In this document: positions 47,713 through 60,020 of the stretch, piece by piece
How positions within the stretch are numbered: position 1 is the first letter of the stretch
Layout of the letters: every line of letters starts with the position of its first letter
Source: Narcine bancroftii
Taxonomy: Eukaryota
Reading direction: 5' to 3'
Assembly (NCBI RefSeq): GCF_036971445.1
Contig: NC_091477.1
Coordinates: 114,452,001 to 114,516,000, forward strand
DNA: 64,000 nucleotides
Translations under genes and position numbers: made by a program
The notes under the pieces: model-generated
Told to the model about the DNA's origin: nothing
What the model saw: only the letters and a program-made list of their open reading frames with translations
Database searches by the model: none

Positions 47713-49189
47713 TAATCTGCCAGTCTAATTCTCTACGTTTTGACGATTCCATTAAAATGTATAAAGAACTGGGGGACACGACTATGAAGAACATTACCCA
47801 TTTTTTTGTGCTGGTGGAACACTCTGACTAATGTCTTGAAGGCAGATTGAAAGACAAGGATCATATACATAATTTGTTATATCATTGAGTTATGAAATCA
47901 TGAGGCACAAAACAAGCCCTTCACCCATCCTGCCCATGTTGTTCATCAAGCACCCATCCATGCTCATCCAATGTTGTAAATCCACAGCCTTCTAAGCTAA
48001 TTTTCTCTGATGCAATTGTGCACAGGCTGAGGAGCTAATTCCGATGAAGGATGTAAGTGGATTTGATGGGCTTCAGCCAGTTTTGAAGACCAATTATTAT
48101 CTAGGCCACAAACTGTGAGGTGTCTTGGAGCTTGCAATTCAGCTTGGGCAGAAGAACAAAACAAGAACATCAAGAAGAAACGAAATATCAGGTGTGTTTA
48201 CAATGAGCAGTCACTGCCGTGTTCATCAATATCAGCTGCCTCACGAGATGTATTTCTATACCATTAAATTTAGTTTAATTAATTCATCTGCTTCTTTACA
48301 TGCAAGTCCAAAGCCATTCTATTTTCAACTATATTGCCAACATGTTGGTGAGTTAAAATATTGGAACTTCAATGTCATCATGGGAATCATTATCAGATAA
48401 TCGTTCAGCACAGCTTTCTCAGCCAGAATTAAAGATGAGAGGTGAAAGATTTAAAGGGAATCTGAAGCTATGAAATAGGTAGTCATGCATCAGAGATCTA
48501 TTCTTCTTTCTAAGTTTCTCCAACATAGAGCCTTCTATCTCCTCATTATCTTTGCATTACTGGAACTGGAGAATTTCACAAGGAAATATATCTCCACAAA
48601 GGGAAGTCAAGATCTCCCAGCACTAATGCTCCAACACTTAAAGTGAAAAGAATTGCTATTGAGGGAAACATGAAGTACCATGTTAAGTTAAGGCATGGCT
48701 CTACCACTTAAAAGTATCAAATGTTTCCTAACATATATTGTACATGTCCTACCTTTAACTTTAAAGCTATAAGAACATAGAACATATTCAAATTAACACC
48801 CAGAGAAGGAACTTGCAACATGGATTTAAAGATGGAAGGTGGGGAACACATGCATTGTTTTGAGTATTTTAACATAATGCACAACTGGCAAGAGAAAACA
48901 TCAATAACGGTGTCCATGCTGAGCAGCAATGAATATTTCCAAATGTTTTACCATTCGCTGTCACAGTTTATGAAGCCATTATAATGGCTTTCCTTAGAGA
49001 TGCACACATTTGATTCAGTGTTACACAATGATACAAAAGGCATTTGTGTGGTCCCTGACCTTCTGAATTTTTCCAGAAACCTAATTTTTTTTAAAATTAA
49101 CAGCATCTCCAATACTTGCATTTTAGATTCTCACATAATATTGTTACCATTGATCATTTTCAAAGCTGTAATGCCAATGTGTAATACCC

Positions 49190-49342
49190 AGCAGGTAATG
49201 GAGTATCCATAGAAGTAAAGGATAACCAATGTCTCGGACCTGAAAACCATGGTATTCCAATGGATGCAGGGCGACCTGCTAAGTTTCTCCAACACACGTG
49301 TGAATTGCACTCAAACCCAGAATCTACAGATTTCTTGTTTAA
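49190..49342. mobile_element. Small inverted PLE pseudo-LTR pair, degraded
   Basis: GCAGGT..ATCCATAG..ATAACCAATGTCTCGG, then ATGGATGC..ACCTGCTAAGTTTCTCC. Confidence 0.6.
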
Positions 49343-49384
49343 TCCCAATGTATAAATTACCTCTGGAAACAAACTCGAGAGAAA

Positions 49385-49830
49385 AAATTTACAAGGATGC
49401 TGCCTAAACTGGGAGGTCTTGAGTTGTTAGGAGAGACTGAATGGGCTGGGGCTGTTTTCCCTGGAGCAAAGAACACAGAGAAGGGTGGTCTTACAGAGGT
49501 GTAGATAAACATGAGGCGCAGGGATAAGGTTGATGGCTACAGTTCTTTTTTTACAGTGAGCCAGAAGTCTAAGTTGAGAGAGGAAAGATTTAAAGGAGAC
49601 GGGAGCTGCAACTTTTCACACGGAGGGTGGTGGGGATATGAAACAAGTGTCAGAGAAGGTGGTAGAAATGCTACACTTAGTTATACCATTTAAAGGATAT
49701 TTGTGGAGGTATATGAATAACAATTGCTTTGAGGATGTGAACCAAATGCTGGCAAATGGGGTGAGTTGAGATGGGCATCTTGGCCAGCATGGACAAGTGG
49801 GACCATAGAGACTGCTTCCATGCTATACCC
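49385..49830 (+). mobile_element. CR1 3' end
   Basis: TTTACAAGGATGCTGCCT..GAGAGACTGAATGGGCTGGGGCTGTTTTCCCTGGAGC, followed by a CR1 3' UTR. Confidence 0.8.
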
Positions 49831-50148
49831 TATACAGTAAAATTCTTATTATCCAGAATTCAAGCAACCAGCAAGAATGGAAAATAAATAGGTAAAAAAT
49901 ACTAATGATTAAAATTGGCACTCCCCAGTGGCTAGTTCGCCAATCCATGCAATCACAGGCAACTGGCAAATACACTTAACTGAAATATCTTCTTAGATAT
50001 GCTAGGTTTACCTCAATAGGACTTTAGAAGAGCAAGGGGCAACTTAATTGAAATGTACAAGATTCTGAGGGGTCCTCATTGGATGTACATGGAGGTTATG
50101 CAATCTCTTGAGGGGGTATCTGGAATTAGGGTTCATGATTTAATGGTA

Positions 50149-50370
50149 CAAGCAGTCCCCAGGTTATGACAAGTTCCGTTACCTGGGTCAGTCCATAAAC
50201 CAAATTTGTACGTAAGGCGGAACAGGTATTTCAGGTTCTTATTTACCATTTATGAGGTAACAATTATACACCAATTGGGGGCACAATTATGCACGTTTGA
50301 ATTTAGCAACAGCTTGTTCATAAGTATGAGTTGTTCGTAACCCGGACATTTGCATTCCGGGAACTGCGTG
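50149..50370. mobile_element. Tigger-type MITE
   Basis: TA|CAAGCAGTCCCC ... GGGAACTGCGTG|TA with subterminal GTTCGTAAC motifs. TIR resembles that of 24802-26886. Confidence 0.7.
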
Positions 50371-50371
50371 T

Positions 50372-51010
50372 AACTGGTTTATGATTGCCATGCACATACA
50401 ATATGCAGCACGTTTTCCTTTGTTTGTCCTGTAATGTTGCAGAAAATGAAGCAGGCGTTACTGGCACCATCATCAAGACAAGAGAAACTAACGAGTCCCG
50501 GTGGAGACATCAATGGAACCCACTGCCTCCTCTATAATCGCATGGCCTCCTGTCTGATCAGTGGTGTACCTGAGCTTGAGGTTTCCAAGTCACTATTCTC
50601 AGCCTTTGGCTCTGAAACCCTGATACAATCAGGAAGATGTCAGTGCCTAAGGCTCTTCATTATCCCTTCTTGACATCGACGCCCTCATGGATCTCCATCC
50701 CCACACCTGGTTCCAGAAGCAGATCGACAGTAGCCCACGGACTGGTGTGAGATCTTCATCTGCCAAACTCCATGCCGGTCCACTGCTGCGGTCTCCTCCT
50801 TTGTAGGATGTTGTGGAGGAAGGGAAAGGGGTGTGTGTTATCTTCCTCTGATCCCCTGCATGAGTTCACTGCATCCCTGGAGCCTGCAACACTTGAGGTC
50901 CGGACTGACAAACATGGGCGCTCCCATCTTGGTCACCAGACTCCATGCACATTGATGTAAAAAACCCACAACAAACAGCTTAAACCTTCATGTTGTCCTT
51001 GGGTGGAGCG
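50372..51010 (-). mobile_element. Unclassified GC-rich repeat with Rex1-like tail
   Basis: Minus strand has GTGGGCTACTG and GAACCAGGTGTGGGGATGGAG, similar to about 21070-21170, and ends GCATGGCAATCATAAAC. Confidence 0.45.
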
Positions 51011-51205
51011 ACTGAGGTGAAGGACCCTACAGAAGAGTGCTGAAACACATTTTTCTGCACCCCTTCTCCTCCCTGGTTCACACACCCAGTAGAGCTGCTG
51101 TTACAATAGATGCAGCAGTGCCATTCTCTGGGGCATGAAGGCAGAAATTAGGCAAAAATCTTCTCCCTCAAAAGCCATTTTGGAATTGGAAATCTCTTGC
51201 TAAAG

Positions 51206-51487
51206 CAGGGGTGGCCAAACTTTTTTTAGTGTGGGCCACGTACAGAAAAATATCATGGGCTAAACTGTATTAAGCACAGCAGTTTTCCACCACCATTGGC
51301 TCCTTAAACAGGCTGTTTAAATCCTGCACAGAGCCGACTGCAGTAAGACTGGGCGGTTGGGCCCTACGGAGGAGAACTAAAAATTTGCTCTCCGCGGGTC
51401 CGCACCAGCGGCAGTGATGCCGTATTTTCTATTTCTTCTAACAAGCCACTTAAAAATGGGTGATGGGCCACAGTTTGACCACCCCTG
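51206..51487. mobile_element. hAT (Charlie-like) MITE inside a CR1 3' fragment
   Basis: TIRs CAGGGGTGGCCAAACT and AGTTTGACCACCCCTG. 8-bp TSD TGCTAAAG (51198-51205) and TGTTAAAG (52604-52611), displaced by the L1. Confidence 0.85.
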
Positions 51488-51488
51488 T

Positions 51489-52592
51489 CTTTTTTTTTGT
51501 AATTCTTTATTTATCGCACTATGAACCATATCAACCAATATATTTACAGATGCATCTCTTTAAATATTCACAGTGACATTTTCTCTTCTTTCCCCCATCC
51601 ATCCCTTCCCACCTGCCTCCAAAAACAGTAAATATTGAACATATAAAATACAATAAAACAATATCTTTATACAAAAGGAATACAAACAAAAAAAAGACAT
51701 ATCATCTACTTATTCACATTAAATTTGATCGTGTTTATCTTCTTATCATTTTAGGTGGTGGTGGTCTGAGGCCTGCTCTTTCTGTTATGTTCCAAATATG
51801 GTTCCCAGGTTTTGTCAAACATTGCAACTTTGTCTTTTAAATTAAATGTGATTTTTTTTCCAATGGGATACACTTAAACTTGATTATATATTCTATTATT
51901 GTTTATGGTCATATAGTCCAACGTTGCCATCTTATATCTTTATTTTCAATTCTTTTCCGCCTTTTCACCACCTCCATTCCCTTTTTTCCATTACTGTTTT
52001 TTTAAGTTTTCCTTTTTAATCTCAATATATGACAACGCACTTAAGACATGAAATACCCCAACAATCCCCACAAGCAATAACCCTTTAACCCCAAATTAAC
52101 CTCCCCTCCTTGGATTGCCCCTTGTCCCTTGACGGCAACCATAGCTCCCCTTTCCATTCGGTTTGCAAATGTACTCACAAATGTCAACCGATTTCTCAGT
52201 GACCATCATTCTCCCTCCCCAGCACCCCCCAGAGAACACTCTTTTCCTATACTTATTACAAAGCTCTCTCTTTTTTCCCTTCTTCCCCTTCTCTTATCCA
52301 TCTTTAAATCTTTATATATACATTATCTTTTCTTTATATTTTGACATATTTTTGTATATTTTCTTGCCAGTCTTCCTTCTTGTCACTCCTCCTCCTCTCT
52401 TTTCCTGTCCTGCAAATGTTCAGCAAATTCTTGGGCTTTCTTTGGTCTATTCCATTCCCCAGGAATAAATACTTTGAGTACTGCTGGATGTCTTAATATA
52501 AAGTTATCACTTTTCTTCCATAAGATTGTTTTCGCCGTGTTGAATTCCTTCCTCTTCTTTAAAAGTTCGAAGCTTATGTCCGGATAAAAAAA
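51489..52592 (-). mobile_element. L1-clade element: ORF1 C-terminus, spacer, ORF2 almost wholly deleted, 3' UTR, poly(A)
   Basis: FFYPDISFELLKKRKEFN..K..L....F.LRHPAVLK (ORF1). ORF2 start MATLDYMTIN joined directly to the ORF2 end IPLEK..FNLKDK..F.KTWEPY. AATAAA plus A tail. TSD GACCACCCCTGT and GACCACTCCTGT. Confidence 0.85.
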
Positions 52593-52803
52593 GACCACTC
52601 CTGTGTTAAAGGGTGCAGAGGCTGCATCGAGATCTCTTTCAAAGAGATGGAGGTAGGTTTTTGATAAGCCTGGGGGGGTCAAACCTTACTAGGACTAGAT
52701 ATAAAAATGTATTTGAGCTTACAATCTGATCTAACATGATATTATTGAATGGCAAAGTAAACTTGAATAGCCAAGTGGCTTAATGGTGCTTCTAATTCAT
52801 TTG

Positions 52804-53056
52804 AAACACAAAAGTCTGCAAACTCTGTAATTGCAGTAAAAACACAGAAATGCTAAAGGAACTCAGCAGACCTTGCAGCATTCATAGGAGGTAAAGATTA
52901 ACAGTATAACTGATGTTTTAGGCCTGAGCCCTTCTCTCACAGAAATGCTGGAAGAACTTAAAAAGGCTCAGGCCTGAAACATCAGTAACATATCTTTACC
53001 TCCTATGGACGCTGTGAGATCTGCTGAGTTCCTCCAGCATTTCTGTGTTTTTACTC
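52804..53056. mobile_element. Protein-free fold-back PLE derivative with 12-bp TSD
   Basis: Arms 52833-52933 and 52962-53054 are inverted pseudo-LTR copies. Flanked by CTAATTCATTTG at 52792-52803 and 53057-53068. Confidence 0.88.
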
Positions 53057-55599
53057 CTAATTCATTTGTTCATCTGGTTTTGCACAATATACACAAGTGA
53101 ATTTTGTTCTAACTTATGGTTACTTCATAGAATTATACTCATTGAGATACTCTTTATGATGACTTGTGGATAGAAACAGCAGTGTTCATACTTCACCGCT
53201 TAATATTTTACTGCTGGTTCCATCACTTCCTTCTTGCAATTTACAATAGATAATAGATGAACACGAGATTTGAAGTAGGTGTCTAGGGGTTGAAAATTTG
53301 ACTGCAAAAATCAATAGAATCAAATTTTCCCTGCTAGTTCATCTTCAGAGGAATTTCTTGCCAATAATTACAATTGCAGCAGATTAACAATTGTGTTATG
53401 CTCGCTGTATCTTGATGAGATGATGACTTACTGATTACTGAGGTGGGGGCAGAATTGGTGAATGAATCATTACATATTCTCCATACAATGGTACACCGAA
53501 CATTCTTCTGTGATTTTTGAAGACAGTATTAAGCATGAAATATTGGTCTAAACAGAGACACTGTGTCTTCTTAATGCACCTCGTAGTATTCATGACTAAC
53601 TGAGCAACTAGAGCTCCTGTGCTTGAAATAAGCTTAAAATGAAACCAATCATTTCAAAAGCAGTTAAGGAATAGACACTGTTTACTGTGCAGTGCATCGA
53701 AAAGGAGTTTGTCAATTTGGTTTACAGAAGTAACTGACAGCATAATGCCTTAACCAATGACATTTCTTTTCTTTATCTTGAGAAGGAATTTAGTGCAATG
53801 GATTTATGATCTGTTTCTGTGCTTGGATCATTATCCTGTTCTGTGGTTGGTATCAGGCAATGTGTTCCATTGTGTTGAGATAAAGATGCTTCAATGAAAA
53901 AAATAATTTCACATCAAAAATCATCCAAATAATTTGGCAATCTCAATCAGTATCATGAAAAAGTTAAGAACATTGATTACAATTGAAAAAAGTTTACAAC
54001 CGAGTTCGGCTGTAAATGTAAAATGGGCATTGTAATATCAGCCCCTCATTCTCTTTTCTAAACATTTTAGTCCTTTATGTCAAATTTCCATCACTTAGAT
54101 ATTATTTATCAATTTGGTGTTTCCCTTTGTGTTTGTACCTTGTGAAACTAAAATGGCAGAACCATCAATTAAAACATGGAAACCACAGTGCTCTTTTTTA
54201 TTCACCAAGTTGAAACTCAGTACATCTCGTGCAAAGAAATAAGTGGATCTGAACGACTCATTTGAAAGGAGAACAGTAAAATATGACTCTACAATGGCAG
54301 TGTTTGAAACTGATTACACCTGATCCAAGGATAGCTATTTAATACAATACAGCCTGGCACTTAATATTTGTCAAAGTCCATATTTTCCGTTCGGCATATG
54401 TAGAAGCAATGTATCAGATATAATTATCAGAGAAAGTAGTGCAGGCCATGTTTTTCATCAACCTGCTTGTTACTTTTTACTTGGATTAAAAAAAAGGGAA
54501 CAAGGGAAAACAAAAAGATGCATCATGCAACAAAATTAATTCTTAGGTAAAGTGTTCTTTGGTTACCTCAGAAGAGCTATGGTGCAAGATTCTAATTGGG
54601 AAAATAGTGCAGAAAGTGGATAACAGTCCTGAATTATAAGCTAAGAACCCATCTCTGTAGAGATGACTGATTAACAACAAAGATGTGGAAATTATTTTCA
54701 AGCCTCCTTTGTCCCGGCTTTGATATCAACTCTATTGATCAAAAAAAATTCTTTCTTCTTCCCATTAATCTGTGCTCTCAGATTTAGAGTTGGGGTGGGG
54801 GGTGGGGAGGTGGTGGGGTATTATGTGCATATGTCTGCAATGAGTATCATTGCACTGTATATCTTAACATAAAAATGAGCTTTCAAAATGCAGTGAAGTA
54901 TAATTTTGAAAAAGTAGGATTTCTTATGGAAGCCTTTTATTTTAATTAAGTCTGGTCTGTTCAAAGAGGTGCAAGTATTGCTGCAGTACTTATGGGATTA
55001 AATCAAATTATTGACATACTTACATTTCAGTTTTTTTTTAGTTTCTTGAAGAGAAGGTTGCTTTGCAAGCATGATAATTACAAGCTTGAAACAACGGTTC
55101 GGTATCTCTGCCTTTGCTAGATGAGGGACCCTGTTTGACCTGCTGAGTCTCTCCAGCGTTTTGTGTTTTTACTGATAATTACAGTTCATCAGCAGGTGAA
55201 TTGGCTGTTATTGCACAGAATCAATTAGAAGTTAAAAACATGCAAACCAGGGCAGTGGGAGCATTTGTTTAAGTAAAAATAATTCCTGACATTTCAACTC
55301 AATTGTGCTCGGAGAAGAAAGAACCTGATGTTCGTAGTAAAAGTTGAGTTGAAATGCACCCCGTCCTAGTTTTGGACTTTGTCATAACTGACATTACTAT
55401 TTTCTCCTCTGAGCCGTATAATGCATAAACATGGAAGGGAAGGGAAGGTTAAAGGTCCTACAGAAATGACAAAAAGGCAGTTCTTTTATTTTGATGCTTT
55501 ACATTATTTGGTTGGGGGGTGGGGGGGAAGGCAGTGAGAGGTGGAGAAGCAGCATTGGAGAAGATGCAAAGCAAATTTACAAGGATGCTGTTGAGACTA

Positions 55600-56118
55600 G
55601 AAAAATTGTTGGGATAAACAACTGCTTTGAGTCAGAATAACATCCCTCCATGACTGCCCTGGGCTTGCTATGAACAATAAAATTTTGAAATGAATCTACC
55701 ACATCTCCATGGATCTTGTATGCTCTAATATCCTGCATACCACAAGGAACCTTATCAGAAGCATTACAAAATTCTATGTACACAATATTCAATATTCTTC
55801 CTTCATCAATCATCTGTCATTTCCTCAAAAAGTTTGAAGATATAATATCCTTGCACAAAGTCATGTTGACTATCCTAAGAAGTCTAGGTATGAGTAAATC
55901 CTATCAATAAGAATCTTCTCCAATAATTTCCCTATCACTATAAAGCACATTGACCTACAGATTCCTGGTTTATCCCAATTGCCCAACTGAAACAGAGGAA
56001 CACCATCAGCTATGTATCAGTCCTCTGTAACCTTTCCTGTAGCTAAAGAGGATCTCTCTCAAAACCCCAGTAATCTTACACCTTGCCTCTTTCAATAACT
56101 TGGGAGAGATAATATCAG
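55600..56118 (-). pseudogene. CR1 RT fragment
   Basis: Minus ORF IDEGR.LNIVYIEF.NASDKVP (Y.DF.KAFDKVP), with upstream NL*VN (NYRP) and HDFVQG motifs. Confidence 0.8.
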
Positions 56119-56120
56119 GT

Positions 56121-56225
56121 ACCTTGACGAAGGGTCCCGGACTGAAACATTGGTTAGATATCTTTGCCTCCAATAGATGCTGCAGGACCTGTTGAGTTTC
56201 TCCAGCACTTTTGTGTATCGTGCAT
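56121..56225 (+). mobile_element. PLE pseudo-LTR with hammerhead motif (56121-56154)
   Basis: ACC-TTGACGA-AG-GGTC-CCG-GACT-GAAA-CA-TT-GGT followed by GATGCTGCAGGACCTGTTGAGTTTCTCCAGC. Confidence 0.8.
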
Positions 56226-57654
56226 TATTTTAGGTTCTTTTCCCTAAATTGATAAGGCGTGGCAAGGACACTTTAACTGGATGGATCTGCTATTGGCACA
56301 CAATAAATCCACTCCCAAGGAACCAAATGGACCAGTTTTACACCACATTATTACTTAATGCTTCCCTGCTGTTAGAAATTGATTAATGACTGTGGTTCTC
56401 AGGCACTTACAGGGTTATGTTACTGGTAATAGTGATCAGTGCATGTATTTTTAATGGTGTTTGCTTAGTGGAAATGATTGTTCATTTGCTACTGGATTGT
56501 TCCAATTCAGAGGCTTCCACCTTACTGAGAAACTGACATGAATAAAAGAGTCAGTTTGTCCTTACTAAATAATTTATCATTTTTCTTTAGCTTTTCATTA
56601 ATACAGATGAAAAGGCATTAAAATGTCACAATAATTCACACGAAGTGTTCAGCTATTGAGCAATAACACAGACCAGACTCAAAACTCACGTTCACGTGAA
56701 AATATGTTGGAATGATTCTGCGTGAGGGAATTAGTGATGCTGTGGAAAAATATTATTGATGGAGGTGTGCAGGTGGTTACCTCTGATTCCTTGCACACAT
56801 TTAATGATGTGTAGTTTTGAGAAATGCCAGTGAACTGCTCTTTCTGAGGCTGATGTCCTAAACTGATGGTGCTCAGTGGCTGCTTGGAGCCATTCAATAA
56901 CTTGGCGTGAGCAGGCCAAGGTAAAGGTGGGAGCATGCAAAATTAAATTGAAATGTTCAAGGGTTCTCTTAACTATGGCACATAGTAAGCACTGACGTGG
57001 AAGATGACGCTGGGGGAACAGATGAGACAGAGATGGAGATGAGGGCAGAACTGAATAGAACCCTTGGTGGAAGCAAGATGGAAGGAAAAGCACTCCAGGT
57101 AGCTGTGTGTTTGTAAAGAATACTGCTTACTGTGAAAGTCAGCACGGTAAACTAGATTTGTATTTGGCCCATCTCTGTGATGAAATAACCGACACCTAAA
57201 GTATGTCACATGACAACATCAATGCATAATACATCTATGCCTGGAAATCCCTCAGATAATTAAAATATGGCTGTGAATTTTTCATCTCTTAATTACCTCG
57301 GAAACCTGTGATTCAGATTGTATCAAATACAATCTCATATGGGACCTGTACTCTCCACATATTAAGGCTCATCAGATTGGTTTGATAATAAAACATTCTG
57401 CTCAGTGTTTCTAATGCTCTGTTATGGATTAATTGTCTTTTTCTTCATGACCTTTGGCAGAAAATTGGTTGGAGGAACAAACATTTTTTGATTCTTTCAT
57501 CCATAGAATTCATAATGTCCATTCATAATGGACTTCCGATACAATCAGAAGGCCATTGGTCCTGTTTCCTTCCTCAAAAGAAAACAGAAATTGCCAGTGG
57601 GGCATGTGGAAGGAGAAACAGAGTTTACATAGAGAATATTGTTGAAAAGAGTTT

Positions 57655-57800
57655 AGTGTTGAACAAGAAAATCTGCAGACGCTGGGGTTGAGCGCAATAC
57701 ACGGTAACTCAACAGGTCACGAAGCATTTCATAGGAAGGACAGAGTTACCAATGTTTCAGACCTGAGCCCTTTGTCAGGAACAAGATCAAAAAGCAGGCT
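57655..57800 (-). mobile_element. PLE pseudo-LTR with hammerhead motif
   Basis: Minus strand TCCTGACAAAGGGCTCAGGTCTGAAACATTGGTAAC. Confidence 0.75.
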
Positions 57801-58399
57801 GACAGGATAGATATATACATCTCACACGTGAAGCACCAATATTGTACTGGATAAAATAAGGCGGTAACCTAAGTCACATCAATTGTGCAGGACCTCTGTG
57901 TGTCATTTTGAAGTGTAAAAAATTAGAGATTGAGTTGAGCAGTAGTCAAATAAATGAGATGATCTGTCCTTATCCGTTCATAGCTGTGGGTTCACTTAAT
58001 TACCTCCTTAGGAGCTGAGGGAGCAGGGTACAACTCCTTGACTTTAAAAGTAGAAGCAAATTTTCAATTCGGTTGGAGCAGATTCTTGTCACAGAATTGG
58101 CAAATAAAGGCAAGGCAATGGAAAAGATTGAGGAGTGATGAAAGATGGGTCTGAATAGAAAAGGCAATGTCACCTCCTAGCCAATTCTTCTAACCATTAG
58201 ATAAACACTGACACGTCCTATTTATTGACTAAGTAACAGCTGCCAACCATATTGCTCTCAATCTCAGGCAATTAAATTAGATCTGGCTTCAGGTTTGTGA
58301 CAAAGCTTTCCAGGTGTGTCGAGATCATCAAATATCCAAACAGTTAAAACATAAATCATTTGCATTTCTTGATGAATAGAAGGAATAAAATCTGATAAT

Positions 58400-58550
58400 C
58401 ATAAAGCTCCTTTTATGAACTCAGGACCTCCCAAAGGCTTTACAACCAATGAACTAAATTTGAAATGTAAATTGCTGTGGTAGGAAACATGGCAGCTTTT
58501 TCACTCTAAGCTCCTACACACAGAATCTCTAATGTCCACCTGAAAAGGTG
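58400..58550 (-). mobile_element. Deu-domain SINE tail remnant
   Basis: CTCAGGACCTCCCAAAGGCTTTACAACCAATGAA..TTTGAAATGTA..GTAGGAAACATGGCAGC. Confidence 0.65.
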
Positions 58551-58584
58551 AACAGTCCTTTCCTAAGAGCAACAACTTTTTTAA

Positions 58585-58797
58585 AAGACATACTGCACGG
58601 TAACAGGCTTTTCCGGATCATGAGTCTGTCTCACCAAATACCCCAATTGAGAAGTGGGAGGAAACCAGAGCACCCAGAGGATACCCATGCAGACACAGGA
58701 AGAACGTACAAACTCCATACAGATATTGCAGGATTTAAACCCGGCTCGCTGGCACTCTAATAGTATCGCGCTAACCGCTACACTAACCGTGCCGCTT
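58585..58797 (-). mobile_element. tRNA-derived V-SINE, well preserved
   Basis: Minus strand GCGGCACGGTTAGTGTAGCGGTTAGCGCG (A box) .. CCGGGTTTAAATCC (B box), V domain, CR1-like tail. Confidence 0.9.
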
Positions 58798-60020
58798 AGC
58801 TCATCAAATCATTGTTGCTAAACAGATGAAACCAGTCTCATCACCCATTAAAGATCTTCCCTCCAGTACAATAAGCAGAGAAGATCTAGCAAAAAAAAGG
58901 ATTCTTTTTCAAATTTTATAAAAAGTTTGTGGTTGATTTTGCACTAGAGTTAAATGCCTTTGCCAAAGTAAAAGTATAAATCAGGCTGCTTTTCTGCTCT
59001 CTAAGCACATGAACCTGAGATGTGAGGCCCAGAGAGTATTCTCCCATGGGACCCTGTACTGACAAAACTTGGGTTACTCCTGCTGGTGCAAATGCACATT
59101 TAAAATCTGAATTGTTGCTTTATATTTTGTACCTTTCATGCCTGGAAAGAATTATTATGTCGTAATCCCAAATACTGTGTCAGTTTTCAATATTTGAAAA
59201 CTTTTCAATATTTTTTAATGTTTTCATATGAATGAAAAACTGTACAGTCCTGTCTGATCGAGCAATGAATTAACTAAAAACAAGCACAGAGCTTTAAAAT
59301 CAATTGCCAGTGTAACTGGAATTTGTCTTTGACTTGACAGACAGCCCTGAGATGGATATCTGTGTACTGATAATGATGGAAACACTCAGCAGGTCAGGGA
59401 GCGTCTATGGAAGCGAAACGGGCTTAATGTTGCAGGTTGATGACCCTTAACAGAACTGTGAAAGAGTGAAAACTAGCTGTTTAAGTTATTGAGATGGAAT
59501 AGATTGGATGGATATGTTCGACAGAGGGAATATCCCTGAGAAATTAAGGTCAAGGGGATATGTAGGTCATCTGGTTGATGGATTAGTGAGGGCATTTGGA
59601 AAAGGGAAACCTGATCAAAGGAACATAAAATCTTGAAAAGAAGGCAAATAAAAGCATTAGAACAGGCAGGATTCAATGTTCTCAAAGCTTCCCTGAGAAG
59701 TATAACATTCCACTAGCTCCTGAGAAGCCCTGAGCCCTGGCCACTCAAAGTGCTTTGGGTTTGGCATTGTGAACCATGAATCCAGCATAAATGCCACAAG
59801 GATTGGGCACTGTTGGAGAAAGAGGTGAGAAATGCCCATGCACCAATGCATGGTATTAAGTGTTGATTGAAGCATGAAATGACAACAAAGAGTTGGGAAG
59901 TACTCTCTGGGGAAGAACCAACAGATTGCTTTGCAGAACCCCTCCATCTAGTCTTCAGCTTCCAGCTGCCTGCCATCATACCTCCATTCCACTCAAATGA
60001 CGATTTCTCTTTGTTTGGAC

